From assembly GCF_028641065.1 (NCBI RefSeq), contig NC_073398.1:11036001-11100000 (forward strand): a stretch of 64,000 bases of DNA, read 5' to 3'. The stretch's first letter is position 1; each line of letters opens with the position of its first letter. The notes below the pieces were generated by a model. That model worked only from the letters and a program-made list of their open reading frames with translations. It did not search any database and had not been told where the DNA came from. Origin of the DNA: Leucoraja erinacea. Its lineage: Eukaryota. Shown piece after piece: positions 27,809 to 40,640 of the stretch. The position numbers were made by a program, and so were the translations under genes.

Positions 27809-30042
27809 GACACAAAAGTTGGTAAGTTAATTGGCTGCTGTAAATTACCCCCAGTATGTAGGTGAGTGGTAGAATATGGTGGGAATTAATGTGAATGGGA
27901 CAAGAATGGGTTACATGGAAAATTATGTGAGGGGGTGGGGAGGAGAATGGGATTGTCCCGAGAGCCAGCATAGATTTGATGGGCCGAATGGAAACGAGGA
28001 AAAACGAATTGTCTTAGTAGAGAGTAAGTGCAAGAACCTTCAGTTTACTTGTTCCTCGGTGAGATGAGTTTTTCACTGTCAAAAAACTTTGAATCAATTT
28101 TTCAGAAACAATACATTGAAGTTACAATAATTCAATAATTTAAGAACAGCGTGACGTTAACCACATTAATAAATGGGTAAACCTTGCTCCATCCCCCTCC
28201 TGTTCTCTGCAAGAGTTTGGTGAACAATTGTTTGAAGCACTGATGCACCAGGCTCTACTCAGAAGCTGAAGCAGGAACAGATGGTGAATCAAGTGTACGA
28301 TTAGGCTCATTATTTGACCAACATGGTTACTTCTTCCAATTACTTAATTTGCTCAATATCTCAAAAACATACATTGTACATGACGTGAAATAGTAATGTC
28401 ATTTACGATTTAATCGTCCTGCTGTTCAAACCTGTTCTAAGTCAAATAACCAGGTTCACGAACTTCAACAATCAGGATCTTAAACCACACTGCACAACCC
28501 TACCTCCGCACTGTTCTACTCTGGATTTTATGTAGATTGCACTGCATGCGTTGGCTTGTACTGTTTTGATGTACGTACCTAGCATTACAGATTATTGATC
28601 GTTGCCTATCTATTTGTTGTGTTGTTGCACTCATGTGCCTCGAAAGCTGTAGCACGTCAAGGTGTTATTGCAATGTTCCCAGTGCATGCAACAATTAAAC
28701 ACTCTTGACTCTTGACGTTACTATGAACCCACAGAAATAGCCAGTACGCCTCACATTGACCTGAGCAACTTCAAACTTCAACCACTCTGATGCTTGGCAG
28801 ACAACACTGACTAACGTTGACATTGTAATGCATATTTAAAAACAGTGGCACAAAAATCATTGCAATAGAAGCTAACGTCTAATTTCTTACTTTTTCCACA
28901 AGTTATTTTGGAAATGATCCTACTGATCTTCCTTACCACATTGGATATAAAGATTTGACTTAGCCATCATATTCATTTTCAAACTGGTGAATCTGAAGGA
29001 ATCTGAATTCCTTCTCTCCAGAGATGCTGCCTGTCCCGCTGAGTTACTCCAGCATTTTGTGTCTTTCTTCGGTGAATATGAATGTAGGTTTAGCAAGTTA
29101 TAATATCTGCACCGCTGTATGCAACTCTTTTTCTTGGGCTTTATAGTAATTGGCTTTATGCTGAAACTAATGGGTGAAGCAATTAGACTTCTTACCTGCC
29201 AACTCAAATAATCAATGATACAGCAAAAAAGATCACATCTAACGATGGAACACAGCACTTTGTGACACTTTCATTGATACAGTTTACCATTGTAACTATG
29301 ACTGGTGTGAATTGGTGACTTCAGCAGCCATACATGCCCAGGCCGGTTAACCGGTTACCACTGCAGTCAGAATAAAAGCATTGCTGCAAACCAACTTCTC
29401 ATGGCAACAAATAGGCTGGAAAAATCAGCCACCCATTTATTCTAGAAGTTGACACTGTGATATTGGAGCGACCAGATTACTCCGGCCTATTTGAAACTTT
29501 TCATTATGCAAACAGCTCGTATATGTAAGACTAGATCTACATTTGACAAGAGTGAAAAATTGTCTCCTTAATGGATATTATTCCATTAATTTAACACTGC
29601 AAAACCATCTAGTCAGCTAATTACAGCTAACTGTGTTTTAAGATGAGAAATGTTGCAAATTACTGCACAAAAAAAAAAAATCAGAGTTTCCAAGAAACCA
29701 TAAACTAAAATAGATTTCAGCACACCACATTGTGTGAACAATAAATTTTAGTTTGGTATGTGTTTTATGCTTAGCAAAATACTTCCTTGACAAGTTATGG
29801 TGTCAGCTGAAGTGAGTTTCAGAACTGGCAGCACATCACAGCTAGGGGAGACATTTTCTGGACAGATACACCAACGGAGTTCCATCAACAAATAAAAAAT
29901 GCACACCCATCATGTCTGACAGCATGGAGGTCACAGACAATATTAATGGCCAAGGCAAATGCAGGATAGAATCTCCCAGGGCATGTAATTAATGCAATTT
30001 TAACCCTTCCCCACTGCATCCCTTGATAGAGCTTTTATGTAT

Positions 30043-30325
30043 GGGCAGCACACTGGCGCAGCGGTAGAGTTGCTGCCTTATAGAGCCAGGGACCGTACTA
30101 TCTGGAGTGCGGAGTTTGTACGCTCTCCAAGTGACCTGCATGGGTTTTCTCTGGGATCTCCGGATTCCTCCCACACACCAAAGATGTACAGGTTTGTAGG
30201 TTAATTGGCTTCAATAAAAATTGTAAATTGTCCCTAGTGTGTAGGATAGCATTAATGTGCGGGCATCGCTGATCGGCACGGCCTGTATTTGTGCAACATC
30301 TCTAAATGAAACTAAAACTAAACTA
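30043..30325 (+). mobile_element. tRNA-derived SINE (HE1/V-SINE-like)
   Basis: Same family as 1893-2197. Confidence 0.85.
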
Positions 30326-30602
30326 ATGTCATAAGTATATACACAGACCCCATGTTATGGAAGAGTACTGTTTCTGAGAGCTGTCTATGAGCTTAGTTCT
30401 CCCCAGTTCACGAAAGTCTATTTTCTACTGTGATCCATGTTGTATCACTCTACATACACTTGCTGGAACTTTCCATTTCATTCATTACTCACCCGAAAAC
30501 TATGTGTAAATTAAACTACTGGAAGTGATACTGTATCCAGTCATTAATGAATACCACAAAACAATTTATTACTGAGCAAAATACAAAGTGCTGGGGTAAC
30601 TT

Positions 30603-31061
30603 AGAAACATAGAAACATAGAAATTAGGTGCAGGAGTAGGCCATTCGGCCCTTCGAGCCTGCACCGCCATTTAATATGATCATGGCTGATCATCCAACTC
30701 AGTATCCCGTACCTGCCTTCTCTCCATACCCTCTGATCCCCTTAGCCACAAGGGCCACATCTAACTCCCTCTTAAATATAGCCAATGAACTGGCCTCAAC
30801 TACCCTCTGTGGCAGAGAGTTCCAGAGATTCACCACTCTCTGTGTGAAAAAAGTTCTCCTCATCTCGGTTTTAAAGGATTTCCCCCTTATCCTTAAGCTG
30901 TGACCCCTTGTCCTGGACTTCCCAAACATCGGGAACAATCTTCCTGCATCTAGCCTGTCCAACCCCTTAAGAATTTTGTAAGTTTCTATAAGATCCCCTC
31001 TCAATCTCCTAAATTCTAGAGAGTATAAACCAAGTCTATCCAGTAAACCAAGTCTATCCAG
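30603..31061 (-). mobile_element. Young CR1 3' end inserted into a Penelope-derived fold-back element (~30575-31278)
   Basis: Near-identical to 15738-16267; the host arm is split (gtgctggggtaac | ...gcggtaaggcaccatcta). Confidence 0.9.
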
Positions 31062-32106
31062 GTGCCAACTTGGCGGTAAGGCACCATCTATGGAGGGAAT
31101 AGATAGGCAACTTTTCAAGTCGGGACCTTTCTTCAGATCAATTCAGTCCAATCGGTTTGAAGAAGGGTCCTGATCCAAAAGAACATCTATCCATTTCTTC
31201 CACAGATGCTGCCTGACCTGCTGAATTATTCTGGCATTTTGTGTTTTGCTCAAACTCCATTATCTGTAGTTCTTTGTGCCAATATTTTATTATTGCTATT
31301 ACTAGCTTAAAAATACTTCAAAAATGTACAGAGCAATTTGCATCATTGGCTTTCCAGAAGTTGGGTCATTCGTAACCTAAGGAGTGCCTGTGAACTATAT
31401 GTATATGCAGCTTTGATTTATTCTATATTGACAAGGCTATTCCGCAGAAACATGATTTTACCGGGTTCTGTGCAAAACAAAGCATTTCACTGTACCTACA
31501 GTAGGTACATGTGACAATAAAGTATCGTTGAATCATTGAATCATTCATATGAAAACAAAATTGCAATGGAATATATGTTATTCATTGATCTCTATGTGAA
31601 TTCACTTCAGACTCTGAAAACTATATTCACTATTGGAACAGTACTTTGGACATATGAAGTATGAAGTTTGGGCAAATTGATGCAACGTTAACAATTGTCA
31701 GAGAGGTGTACACAACTGTCATTATGCAAAATGAAGAAAGGTTCTCGGTGATGTTGTTAGATCAGAGCTTGAGGGCAATGCACTTGGATTCAGAGCAGTT
31801 CGAGCTGCATCCTACATCTGATCAGGTGCACATATATCATCTCCCGAATTAACGACTAATATAAGGGCCTCATTGTCCTCTCCCATGTCTTCTAAACCCC
31901 CCTCCTCACCGATATTTCCTGAAACCTGCAGGATGGTAGCGGTCAAATGAATCCCTCTTTGTCAGATCCCCACGAATCAATAAATTACATTCCCATTGGC
32001 CGAACATGGTAGCCTCCCACATATAGCAACGGGAAGGACCTAATGACCCCTGAGGGGCTTTATCTCAATGCTTCCCTTCAATGCTAGCCTCCTCAATTGA
32101 GCTGTT

Positions 32107-32355
32107 TAAGAAGGAACTGCAGGTGCTGGAAAATCGAAGGTAGACAAAAATGCTGGAGAAACTCAGCGGGTGAGGCAACATCTATGGAGCAAAAGAAATA
32201 GGCGATGTTTCGGGTCGAGACCCTTCTTCCAAAGGATCTCCTGCGAACCTGTGCGTCTTTCCGAAGAAGGGTCTCGACCCGAAAGGTCGCCTATTTCCTT
32301 CGCTCCATAGATGCTGCCGCACCGGCTGAGTTTCTCCCAACATTTTCGTCTACCT
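32107..32355. mobile_element. Penelope-derived fold-back insert with 17-bp TSD
   Basis: tcctcaatWgagctgtt at 32090-32106 and 32356-32372; inverted arms with hammerhead-like cores at 32201-32229 (-) and 32261-32290 (+). Confidence 0.85.
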
Positions 32356-32829
32356 TCCTCAATAGAGCTGTTGCCTGCAATGGAGCTTTGCATGAATCTG
32401 TGGGTACTATCTTTGGCTCCCATCTCCCCAAACACTCAGAATCACCAGTAGGCACACCACTGCTGATTAAAACCATCATTAGGAGCCTGCTACGGATATA
32501 TACTCACCATTAATTCAACAGACAAGACAAGGTCATAGCAAGCTGGAGGATATAGACATAAAATCCACCTCAAATATCTAACAGCATTTGATAATGATAA
32601 GAAGCTACAGAAACCTGGCACATGTACTGTGTAGCATGTTCTGAACAAGATAATTCATTCTTCACTGTGCAATCACCTTAGTAGCCATATGAACTCAGAA
32701 GGTAGGACAGAGGAGTGAAAAGAGTAGGAGGTGAGAAATGATGGATGTTTCTGTACATGGTCTAAATTGTTTATGCTCAATGGAAGGTTTATAGCTGAAT
32801 TAGTTATCTCACCTAGTAAAAAGAAGCTA

Positions 32830-33050
32830 GACTTTAAACGTTAAAGGTACAGTGGTGGAAAATGTCCTTTGGCCCAATGTGTCTGCGCCGACCAGCGATC
32901 GCCCCGTACACTAGCACAATCCTACATACCAGGTACAGTTTATAATTTCCAGAAGCCAATTAACCTACAAACCTCTGCGTCTTTGGAATGTATGAGGAAA
33001 CAGGAGCACCCGGGGAAAACCCACATGGTCACAGAGAGAATGTGCAGAAC
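32830..33050 (-). mobile_element. SINE (HE1-like), 5'-truncated
   Basis: Reverse complement of the family consensus. Confidence 0.75.
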
Positions 33051-33077
33051 TGTGCCGCCTGGAAAAAGGAATCTACT

Positions 33078-33320
33078 TACAATAGACAATAGCCAATAGG
33101 TGCAGGAGTAGGCTGCACTCCCTCAATAGCAAGAATGTCCTTCCTCAAATTTGGAGACCAAAACTGCACACAATACTCCAGGTGTGGTCTCACTAGGGCC
33201 CTGTACAACTGCAGAAGGACCTCTTTGCTCCTAAACTCAACTCTTCTTGGTATGAAGGCCGACATGCCATTTGCTTTCTTCGCTGCCTGCTGTACCTGCA
33301 TGCTTACTTTCAGTGGCTGA
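33078..33320 (-). mobile_element. Internally deleted CR1 fragment
   Basis: LYRALVRPHLEYCVQFWSP...ILAIEGVQ joined directly to the terminal cctactcctgcacct(attgtct)n tail. Confidence 0.85.
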
Positions 33321-34599
33321 TATCCTGTTACAACTAATATCCTTGGCTCTGCGGTGATGGGAAAGTCAGCCATCCAACCCCAATCTTGGAAAGTGGCTGC
33401 TACCAAATGGTGAAATTGGACCTCCAATGAGAGCAGGACCGAGCTGGCATGTAACACCCTCCATCCACATCTGAACGACTCATTAATGCCCTTTGTCAGG
33501 CCTAAAGTGAGAGAAATGGCCACTGTGATGATGGTGCAGGACAGCTGGTACCCACACACAGACTCACCAACCCTGGACAGGGACGGGTGGGGGGGGGGGG
33601 ATGTAACCACAAACAAGATGGCCAAGGAAAAAGCAGGAAAACCAGGAAGGAACAGGATTAAAAAAGAGGATATTTCTAATAATGTCATGATTCTGCAGCA
33701 TGGAATGATGCGACCATGAGTCTATTTATAGGATAGAAATAGGAACTTTGGTTTAATTTCCTGTTTGCTTACTAGATCATAAAATTAGAGCACCCAAGTA
33801 GGCCACTGGGCATTGAACCAGTGCCAGCATTACCTCGAATCGGAAATGTTCATTCACTCCTGTCCACCAGTACTGTCCCCCGCACTTCTCAGCTTCATAT
33901 AGTGCAACAATTGGTTGTGAAATGATGTTACAGATCTTACCTCAGCAACCTTTAATTCCTAATAACTTTCTACTTAAAAATAACCAAATATGCTAACTTC
34001 CTTCAGTCTTCATAAAATCATAAGAGATAGGGTTAGAATTAGGCCATTCGGTCCATCAAGTCTACTCCTCCATTCAATCACGGCTGATCTAACGCCCTCC
34101 CAACGCCATTCTCCTGCCTCCTCCACATTGTCCCTGACGCCTGTACTAATCAAGAAGATCAAGAAGTTCCTAAATAACTTACAATAATGGAATGGTCAAT
34201 CTGTGAATATAGCCCGCATCAGCTGCCCTTTAAAAAAAACTGCTTTACTTTTAAATCATTCACCAGTTCATGAGGAAATCACTCCATGTGGGAGCCAAAC
34301 AATGCTCGACTGAAGCTCACATACAGCCCGAGGTGTTCTGGCAACATGTTGTGAAGGATATTTATGCATTTAGCACTTATGCACCCCTAAAGTAAGCAGA
34401 TAATGCTGACATTCATTATCTAGTGTGGTATTAAGTTCAATGGTGCTAAAGTAAGGCTCCCTGCTACAGCCGACATTATCCGATACATTTGTACAGCTGA
34501 ATTTGCACTTAGCTGCTTGAAGGACTCTTAACAGCAAGTAGGGTGATCATCAGCTATTTTCAGGATAGTTCTTGATAGATTTCTAGCGGCTATTAGAGC

Positions 34600-34820
34600 C
34601 ATAGTCATAGAATGATACAGTGTGGAAACAGGCTCTTCGGCCCAATTTGCCCACACCGGCCAACATGTGCCAGCTACACTAGCATTTGGTCCATATCCCT
34701 CCAAACCTTTCTTGTATATATACCTGTCTAACTGCTTCTTAAATGTTGGGATAGTCCATGCCTCAACTACCTCCTCTGGCAGCTTATTCCATACATCCAC
34801 CACCCTTTGTGTGAAAAAGG
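34600..34820 (-). mobile_element. CR1 3' end
   Basis: Minus frame gives FFTQRVVDVWNKLPEEVVEA. Confidence 0.8.
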
Positions 34821-35084
34821 GTAGCAATGCGATAAGTTGTCTTCTGAAGTTCTTTGAAATTGCTTCTCTACAGGGAAGCATGTGTCAGATACTGACAGAT
34901 ATCCATCATCCAGGTTACTGCACAGACCAGTTGCTTCCAGACATGAGTGTATAAGAGGACAATTACTTGACCAATGGCATGACTGGGAAAATAAGGAGAA
35001 GGAAGGCAGAGCAGGAGCCCCAGGCAACGGGGCACAGATAGGACCACTGGGAAGGATGCCACACTCATCCCAGCGAGTTCAAGA

Positions 35085-35375
35085 GATGGGGTAACTCAGC
35101 GGGTCCACCATTTCTGGAGAACATGGTTAGGACTGGAGAACATGGATGTTTCGGGTCGAGACCCTACTTCATGAGTTTGAAGAATCTATTCCTTTTTTCT
35201 AGAGTTTCTGCCTGACCCGCTGAGTTACTCCAGCTTTTGTGTCTAGCTTCAGTGTAAACCAGCATCTGTAGTTCCTTCCTATACATGGATAGGTGATGTT
35301 TTGGGTTTGGACACTGTAGCAGGGGGGAGAAACCCAGAAGAAAGGTGTGGAGCGGGACAAAGCCTGGCAAGTAAT
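35085..35375. mobile_element. Penelope-derived fold-back insert(s)
   Basis: Arms plus gatgtttcgggtcgagaccc core. Confidence 0.7.
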
Positions 35376-35820
35376 TTAGATACAATGCAGAAACAGATAC
35401 AGATACGATGGATACAGATGTTCAAGAAGCAATTCTAGTTTCTGGAACCTTAATGAGAAATAACATTTGGATATATGTCCTACTCCAGGAATTCTAGCAT
35501 GAACCTGGTGGTATTTGCAACATGTCATAGTTTGCCACCAATTATTTGATACAGGAAATTGTAGGATAAATTTTAAATCAGTTAAAACATTATTTTCTAT
35601 ATTTAATTCTTCATTGCTATGGAACAACATCAGTTTGATCACAATACTTCCTGAGGATTGCAGCTTACGGACATAAGATAATAGCAGCAGGAGATGGTTA
35701 CTTGGTCAGTCCCATCATTCAGTAAGACGATGGCTGGCGTATCCCAGGCCTTGCTTCATACATCTGTAAATACAGTCTGCAGGGACATTGAAGCAAGAGA
35801 TCAGAGGGTGAGGGTGCGGT

Positions 35821-35919
35821 TGGTAGTGAGCTTGAGAGCAGAGTTCAGAGGGCAAGAATGGTACTGAGTTTGAGGGCAGGGTTCAGAGACAGCGGGTGGT
35901 CCTGAGTTTGAGGGCAGCA
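35821..35919. repeat. 38-bp minisatellite, about 2.6 copies
   Basis: Units start at 35821, 35859 and 35897 (tggtNNtgagYttgagRgcagRgttcagag...). Confidence 0.8.
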
Positions 35920-36157
35920 CAGTCATTATTTTGGATTCTACTTGAGCTTTGCAATGGTCTCAGGATAGCTCAGTTAGTTATTTCTTCTACACTTGATTGG
36001 AGTGTGGCTTCCTGTGAAACCGGGGTGAAGAAGGGTTTTAGAACCACTGCTTTTACCAGATATCGTTCTACTGGTTCTTGGTCATTTCTCACCTGATGAA
36101 CATTGAGCGACATCTCTTGTTGCAAGGTTATGTATGGCATTTCTGGACTGCATATTT

Positions 36158-36464
36158 TATTTTAGTTTAGTTTAGAGATATAGCGCAGAAATAGCCCCTT
36201 CGGCCCCCTGGGTCCTTGCCGACCAGCGATCCCGCATATTAGCAAATATCCTACACACACTAGGGACAATTTTTACATTTACCAAGCCAATTAACCTGCA
36301 AACCTGTACATCTTTGGAGTGTGGGAGGAAACCGCAGATCTCTGAAAAATCCACGCAGGTCACGGGAAGAATGTGCAAGCTCCGTAGCCAGGATTGAACC
36401 CGGGTCACCGGCGCTGCAAGTGCTGGAAGGCAGCAACCGTACTGGTGTGCTACTGCGCCACCCC
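36158..36464 (-). mobile_element. tRNA-derived SINE (HE1/V-SINE-like), full length
   Basis: Reverse complement with A/B boxes and (ctaaa)n tail. Confidence 0.88.
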
Positions 36465-37901
36465 TTGCCAGGGAGCTCGCTGAAACATCACTTAATTCCT
36501 CCATATAGACATGAATGGTTGTATTATTTCCCATGATAAACAGATGTGAAGAATTGGCCCCAGCATGTTGGCCAGTCGACAAGCCTTGTGAAGAGACCTT
36601 TTTACTCTTTAAACAGCATCTATTATTCAGGCAAGAGGCAAAGCTTAGGCATGAAACGGATTCAAAATGTTTTGTATTATGAGTCAGGGCTGGCTTTTGA
36701 TTTTTGATGATAGCGTGCAGAAACACCGGCCGCTAGTTTTACATCTTTGTGGATCTTTGTTTCCTCTGACTTGAGTTGAGCAGATATGAAAGGGGCCATC
36801 GGTTGGTCAATCTGTTTTACACTATTGTACCAAATTCCGCTCATGTGGTCTACTTTACATGGGTAAAATGATGGCATTCATTTCTGCATCCCACCAAATT
36901 ACGGAAGAGATATCCCCATTTAAAAAAATATTAACATTCAAATCTGGAATAGCCTATAGTAATGGATTTCCAGGAATTTCAAATTAATTATTGACAAACT
37001 AAAATTGTAATAAATGGGAGAATTAACATTTGTAATAATTAATGCCTAAGTAGCTAGATGGTTTCAATTAAATTTAATTGGGCAGTAATAAATATGTGAA
37101 TACATTTATCAAAAGAAAGCATAATTAACTTGTATCATGATTTTCCATTACTTTTATTTGGTTACTATGGAGATGATACAGTGACCTTGGAATGAGTAAT
37201 CTTTAAAGTTACCACAATTTAGACTTCAGCTTTCATTTCCAGAAATAATGTTCTCATTTCCTAATGTGTGAGAATTTGATTTAGACATGAAGACAACTGC
37301 TGCATTATTATTATTCAACATTTGTTTTAAAAGTCATAACCTTAACCATTGATTCAGTCATTCTCAAATTTCAATAATAAGCAACGTGTTTATATTGAAG
37401 TATTATCATTCAATATCATCTGGTAAAACCATGCACCGTTTGAGAATTGTAATTGCTATTATTATGCGGGTACGATGGACACTAAAACCAATTATACAAA
37501 TGCAATAAATTAGTAAGGAGGATAAAGCACCAAGATGTTGAGCATAGCACAATAGCAATGAGAATTGATTACTAGACTGAGAGTGAACAATAGCAAGCAG
37601 GCGCAAGGTAAGGAGAATGAATATAATGCTTTTGCAGAGAAAGTAATACATCAAGAAGGTGCAATAAATACAAAAACATCAACAAATAATTTTTACGCTT
37701 GATCCCACTGCTAAAGCACGAGTCAAAATCAGTGAATGTTGATGTTTCACAAAGAAACTATGAGTATTAACTGAAGAAAAGGCAACAGTGAGCACTGATG
37801 CTTGTTATTACTACCAGACAATTCCAAATATTCCAGGCAAACACTTTTCTACAATGGGTGAGATACAAGGTCCTCAAAGCACTAAATTGGGGGATTTGTA
37901 T

Positions 37902-38095
37902 CATAGAAACATAGAAATTAGGTGCAGGAGTAGGCCATTCGGCCCTTCGAGCCTGCACCGCCATTCAATATGATCATGGCTGATCATCCAACTCAGTATC
38001 CCGTACCTGCCTTCTCTCCATACCCTCTGATCCCCTTAGCCACATCTAACTCCCTCTTAAATATAGCCAATGAAGCCAATGAACTGGTCTCGACT
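37902..38095 (-). mobile_element. Young CR1 3' tail
   Basis: Near-identical to 30603-30800. Confidence 0.85.
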
Positions 38096-38413
38096 ACATT
38101 TGATCATTTGTATCTACATTTGATCATTTGTAACACAGAAGGGAAAATTCATACAATATGATTAACAACCCTTTCAGAATAGGTCTACATTGGCCCAAAG
38201 TTCTAGAAAGATTTACATACGTTAAAGGTACAAAGATTAAGATTGAGCACTTAGATGAGATACAACGTGCATTCCCTGATGGACAATGAATGCTTATAAC
38301 TCAATTTTAAGAATGATTCATGATGTAAAATTATGGCAGATTATGTAAAACTCTGCTCCTGAGAATGGGTCCTGGAAATCTGTTTGGGTTAAGGTACAGG
38401 CTGCTTTGTTCTG

Positions 38414-38654
38414 TAATGCCCCTGTCCCACTTAGGAAACCTGAATGGAAACCTCTGGAGACTTTGCGTCCCACCCAAGGTTTCCGTGCAGTTCCCGGAGG
38501 TTCCCGGAGGTTTTTGTCAGTCTCCCTACCTGCTTCCACTACCTGCAACCTCCGGCAACCACCTGCAAGCTCCGGGAACCGCACGGAAACCTTGGGTGGG
38601 GCGCAAAGTCTCCAGAGGTTTCCGTTCAGGTTTCCTAAGTGGGACAGGGGCATT
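38414..38654. mobile_element. PIF/Harbinger-like MITE with long TIRs
   Basis: About 80-bp near-perfect TIRs (tgcccctgtcccacttaggaaacctgaa...), flanked by TAA and TTA. Confidence 0.85.
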
Positions 38655-39515
38655 AACTCACCATCACTAAGGTTGGCGACAGCAAGAGAAGGTCCAACCC
38701 TCACTGCACCATAAAGAATAAAAAGAGAAAGAAATGTGCCCATGGGGACAGCACCAAATACAGTAATCATTATTGTGCAGTCACCTGTCAAACAACCTGG
38801 TTGATAATTAGTCTTTTGAAGCCATTGGGACTGAATGTACTCATGGAGTTTAGCATAGATCCACACCAATATCTCAAAATCATCCAAAATAACAGGCAAT
38901 GAGAGTTATTTTATATATTCCCTTTTAATGTATCTACATGAATCATGCCTTTATTTTTTTTACTGACTATGCCTTCATTAAAAGGGCCACTTATGTGTTC
39001 ATTTAAATGATAATTTAAGTAGGGCAAAACCTTGGCTGCTTTCATGGTACTTATGTATAATGGGCAGCTGAAGTTTGTCCTTCACTGTGAGGTCTACATT
39101 TAATAGACTGTGCTTAAAAGAGAGTGCAGGGAGATAGTCGTGACTGAAATTGGTGACACTGGGAATTTAACATTGATGAAAAGGATGTTCTTGTATTACA
39201 ATATTATCGTGATAACTAATTGAGCAACAGATAGAAGGCCATACTAAAACATATATGTAAATAAAATATAATGATGGGACAACTGAGACCTACAGCCTGT
39301 GTTGTGTAGTTACTCCAAGATTCTTCCTGCATCTGAATGACCAAAAAGTAGGAATACCTCCAGTTGCTCACACTCAGGTTCAGAGCTTTTAAAGGACTGA
39401 CTAGGTATATTGTATACTGCAATATTACATGTTTCAAGACACATTGCAGCAATACTAAGAATGAAAGGCTGGTTATGTGGAAAGATCAGAGGCTGTTTTT
39501 TGTTCAAGTTAGACC

Positions 39516-40327
39516 TTTTTATTTTATTTTAATTTTATTATTTATTTTGAACAAAATAAAAGAATAAAAAGCAAGTGTGAAACAGCATACAAAAAAGGAA
39601 ACAAAAATATTTATAAAGTGTCATAAACAATATCTATAAATAAATTAAATCGTATGTGTCCGAAAAGGAGCAGGAAGAAGCCAAAGCTTATTAATTCCCA
39701 CCCCTTATTCAACTGCTTGTAATTATCTTATACAAATTTAGCAGCTATATGTACACCATATGTACACCAGCCACTATATGTACACCAAATTATTTACATT
39801 TAAACACTAATCAAATATTTACAAAGCCATACAGAAAAGAAAAAAACCCTCATATACTATATACATACAACCCCACTCTATAATCACCCTTCCCAATACA
39901 ATCAGTATAACAAATATCCCACTCACAATCACCTATCCTCATCCCAATATCCTTTTAAACAAGTGTTTTTGTACATCTTTTTAAACTGAATTATGCTTGT
40001 GCTAAATTGTATCTCCTGTTCCAGACCATTCCACAAATTCACACCACAGATTGCTATGCACATACTTTTAAGAGTTGTTCTGACATTGAGTTTTTTTTAA
40101 TTATGTTCCCCTCTCAAATTATACCCACCCTGTCTTTCCATAAACAGTTTTTGTATATTTCTTGGAAGTAAATTATTTCTTGCTTTGCATATGATTTGCG
40201 TAGTCTTAAATTTAACCAGATCAGTGAACTTCAGTGTATGTGACTTTAAGAATAATAAATTGGTATGTTCAAGATATCCAACGTTATTGATAATTCTTAT
40301 TGCTCTTTTTTGTAATGTGCATAACGG
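39516..40327 (-). mobile_element. L2/Crack-like LINE 3' fragment with 3' UTR and A-rich tail
   Basis: Minus frame: PLCTLQKRAIRIINNVGYLEHTNLLFLKSHTLKFTDLVKFKT...GGYNLRGEHN*KKLNVRTTLKSMCIAICGVNLWNGL, with one stop and no frameshift. Confidence 0.8.
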
Positions 40328-40334
40328 CCTTAAA

Positions 40335-40640
40335 CTAGCTTTGGACCTTAAACGTTAGAGATGCAGTGTGGAAACAGGCCCTTCGGCCCACAGAGTCTGC
40401 GCCGACCAGCGATCATCCCAAACACAAATACAATCATACACATGAGGGACAATTTACAATTTTTACCAGTGTCAATAACCTGCAAACCTGTACATCGTTG
40501 GAGTGTGCAGCAAACCGGAACACCCAGAGAAAACCCACACGGTCACAGGGAGACCATGTAAACTCTGTAAAGACAGCACTTGTAGTCAGGATCAAACCTG
40601 CATCTCTAGTGCTGTAAGGCAGCAGCTCTACCACTGCGCG
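40335..40640 (-). mobile_element. tRNA-derived SINE (HE1/V-SINE-like)
   Basis: Reverse complement of the family consensus. Confidence 0.82.

Noticed and set aside
35821-35919. CRISPR-like spaced repeats
   Set aside because: Contiguous diverged minisatellite in a vertebrate, with no unique spacers or cas genes.
38318-38899. 193-aa ORF and overlapping ORFs
   Set aside because: Artefacts of the palindromic MITE; the same peptide reads on both strands.
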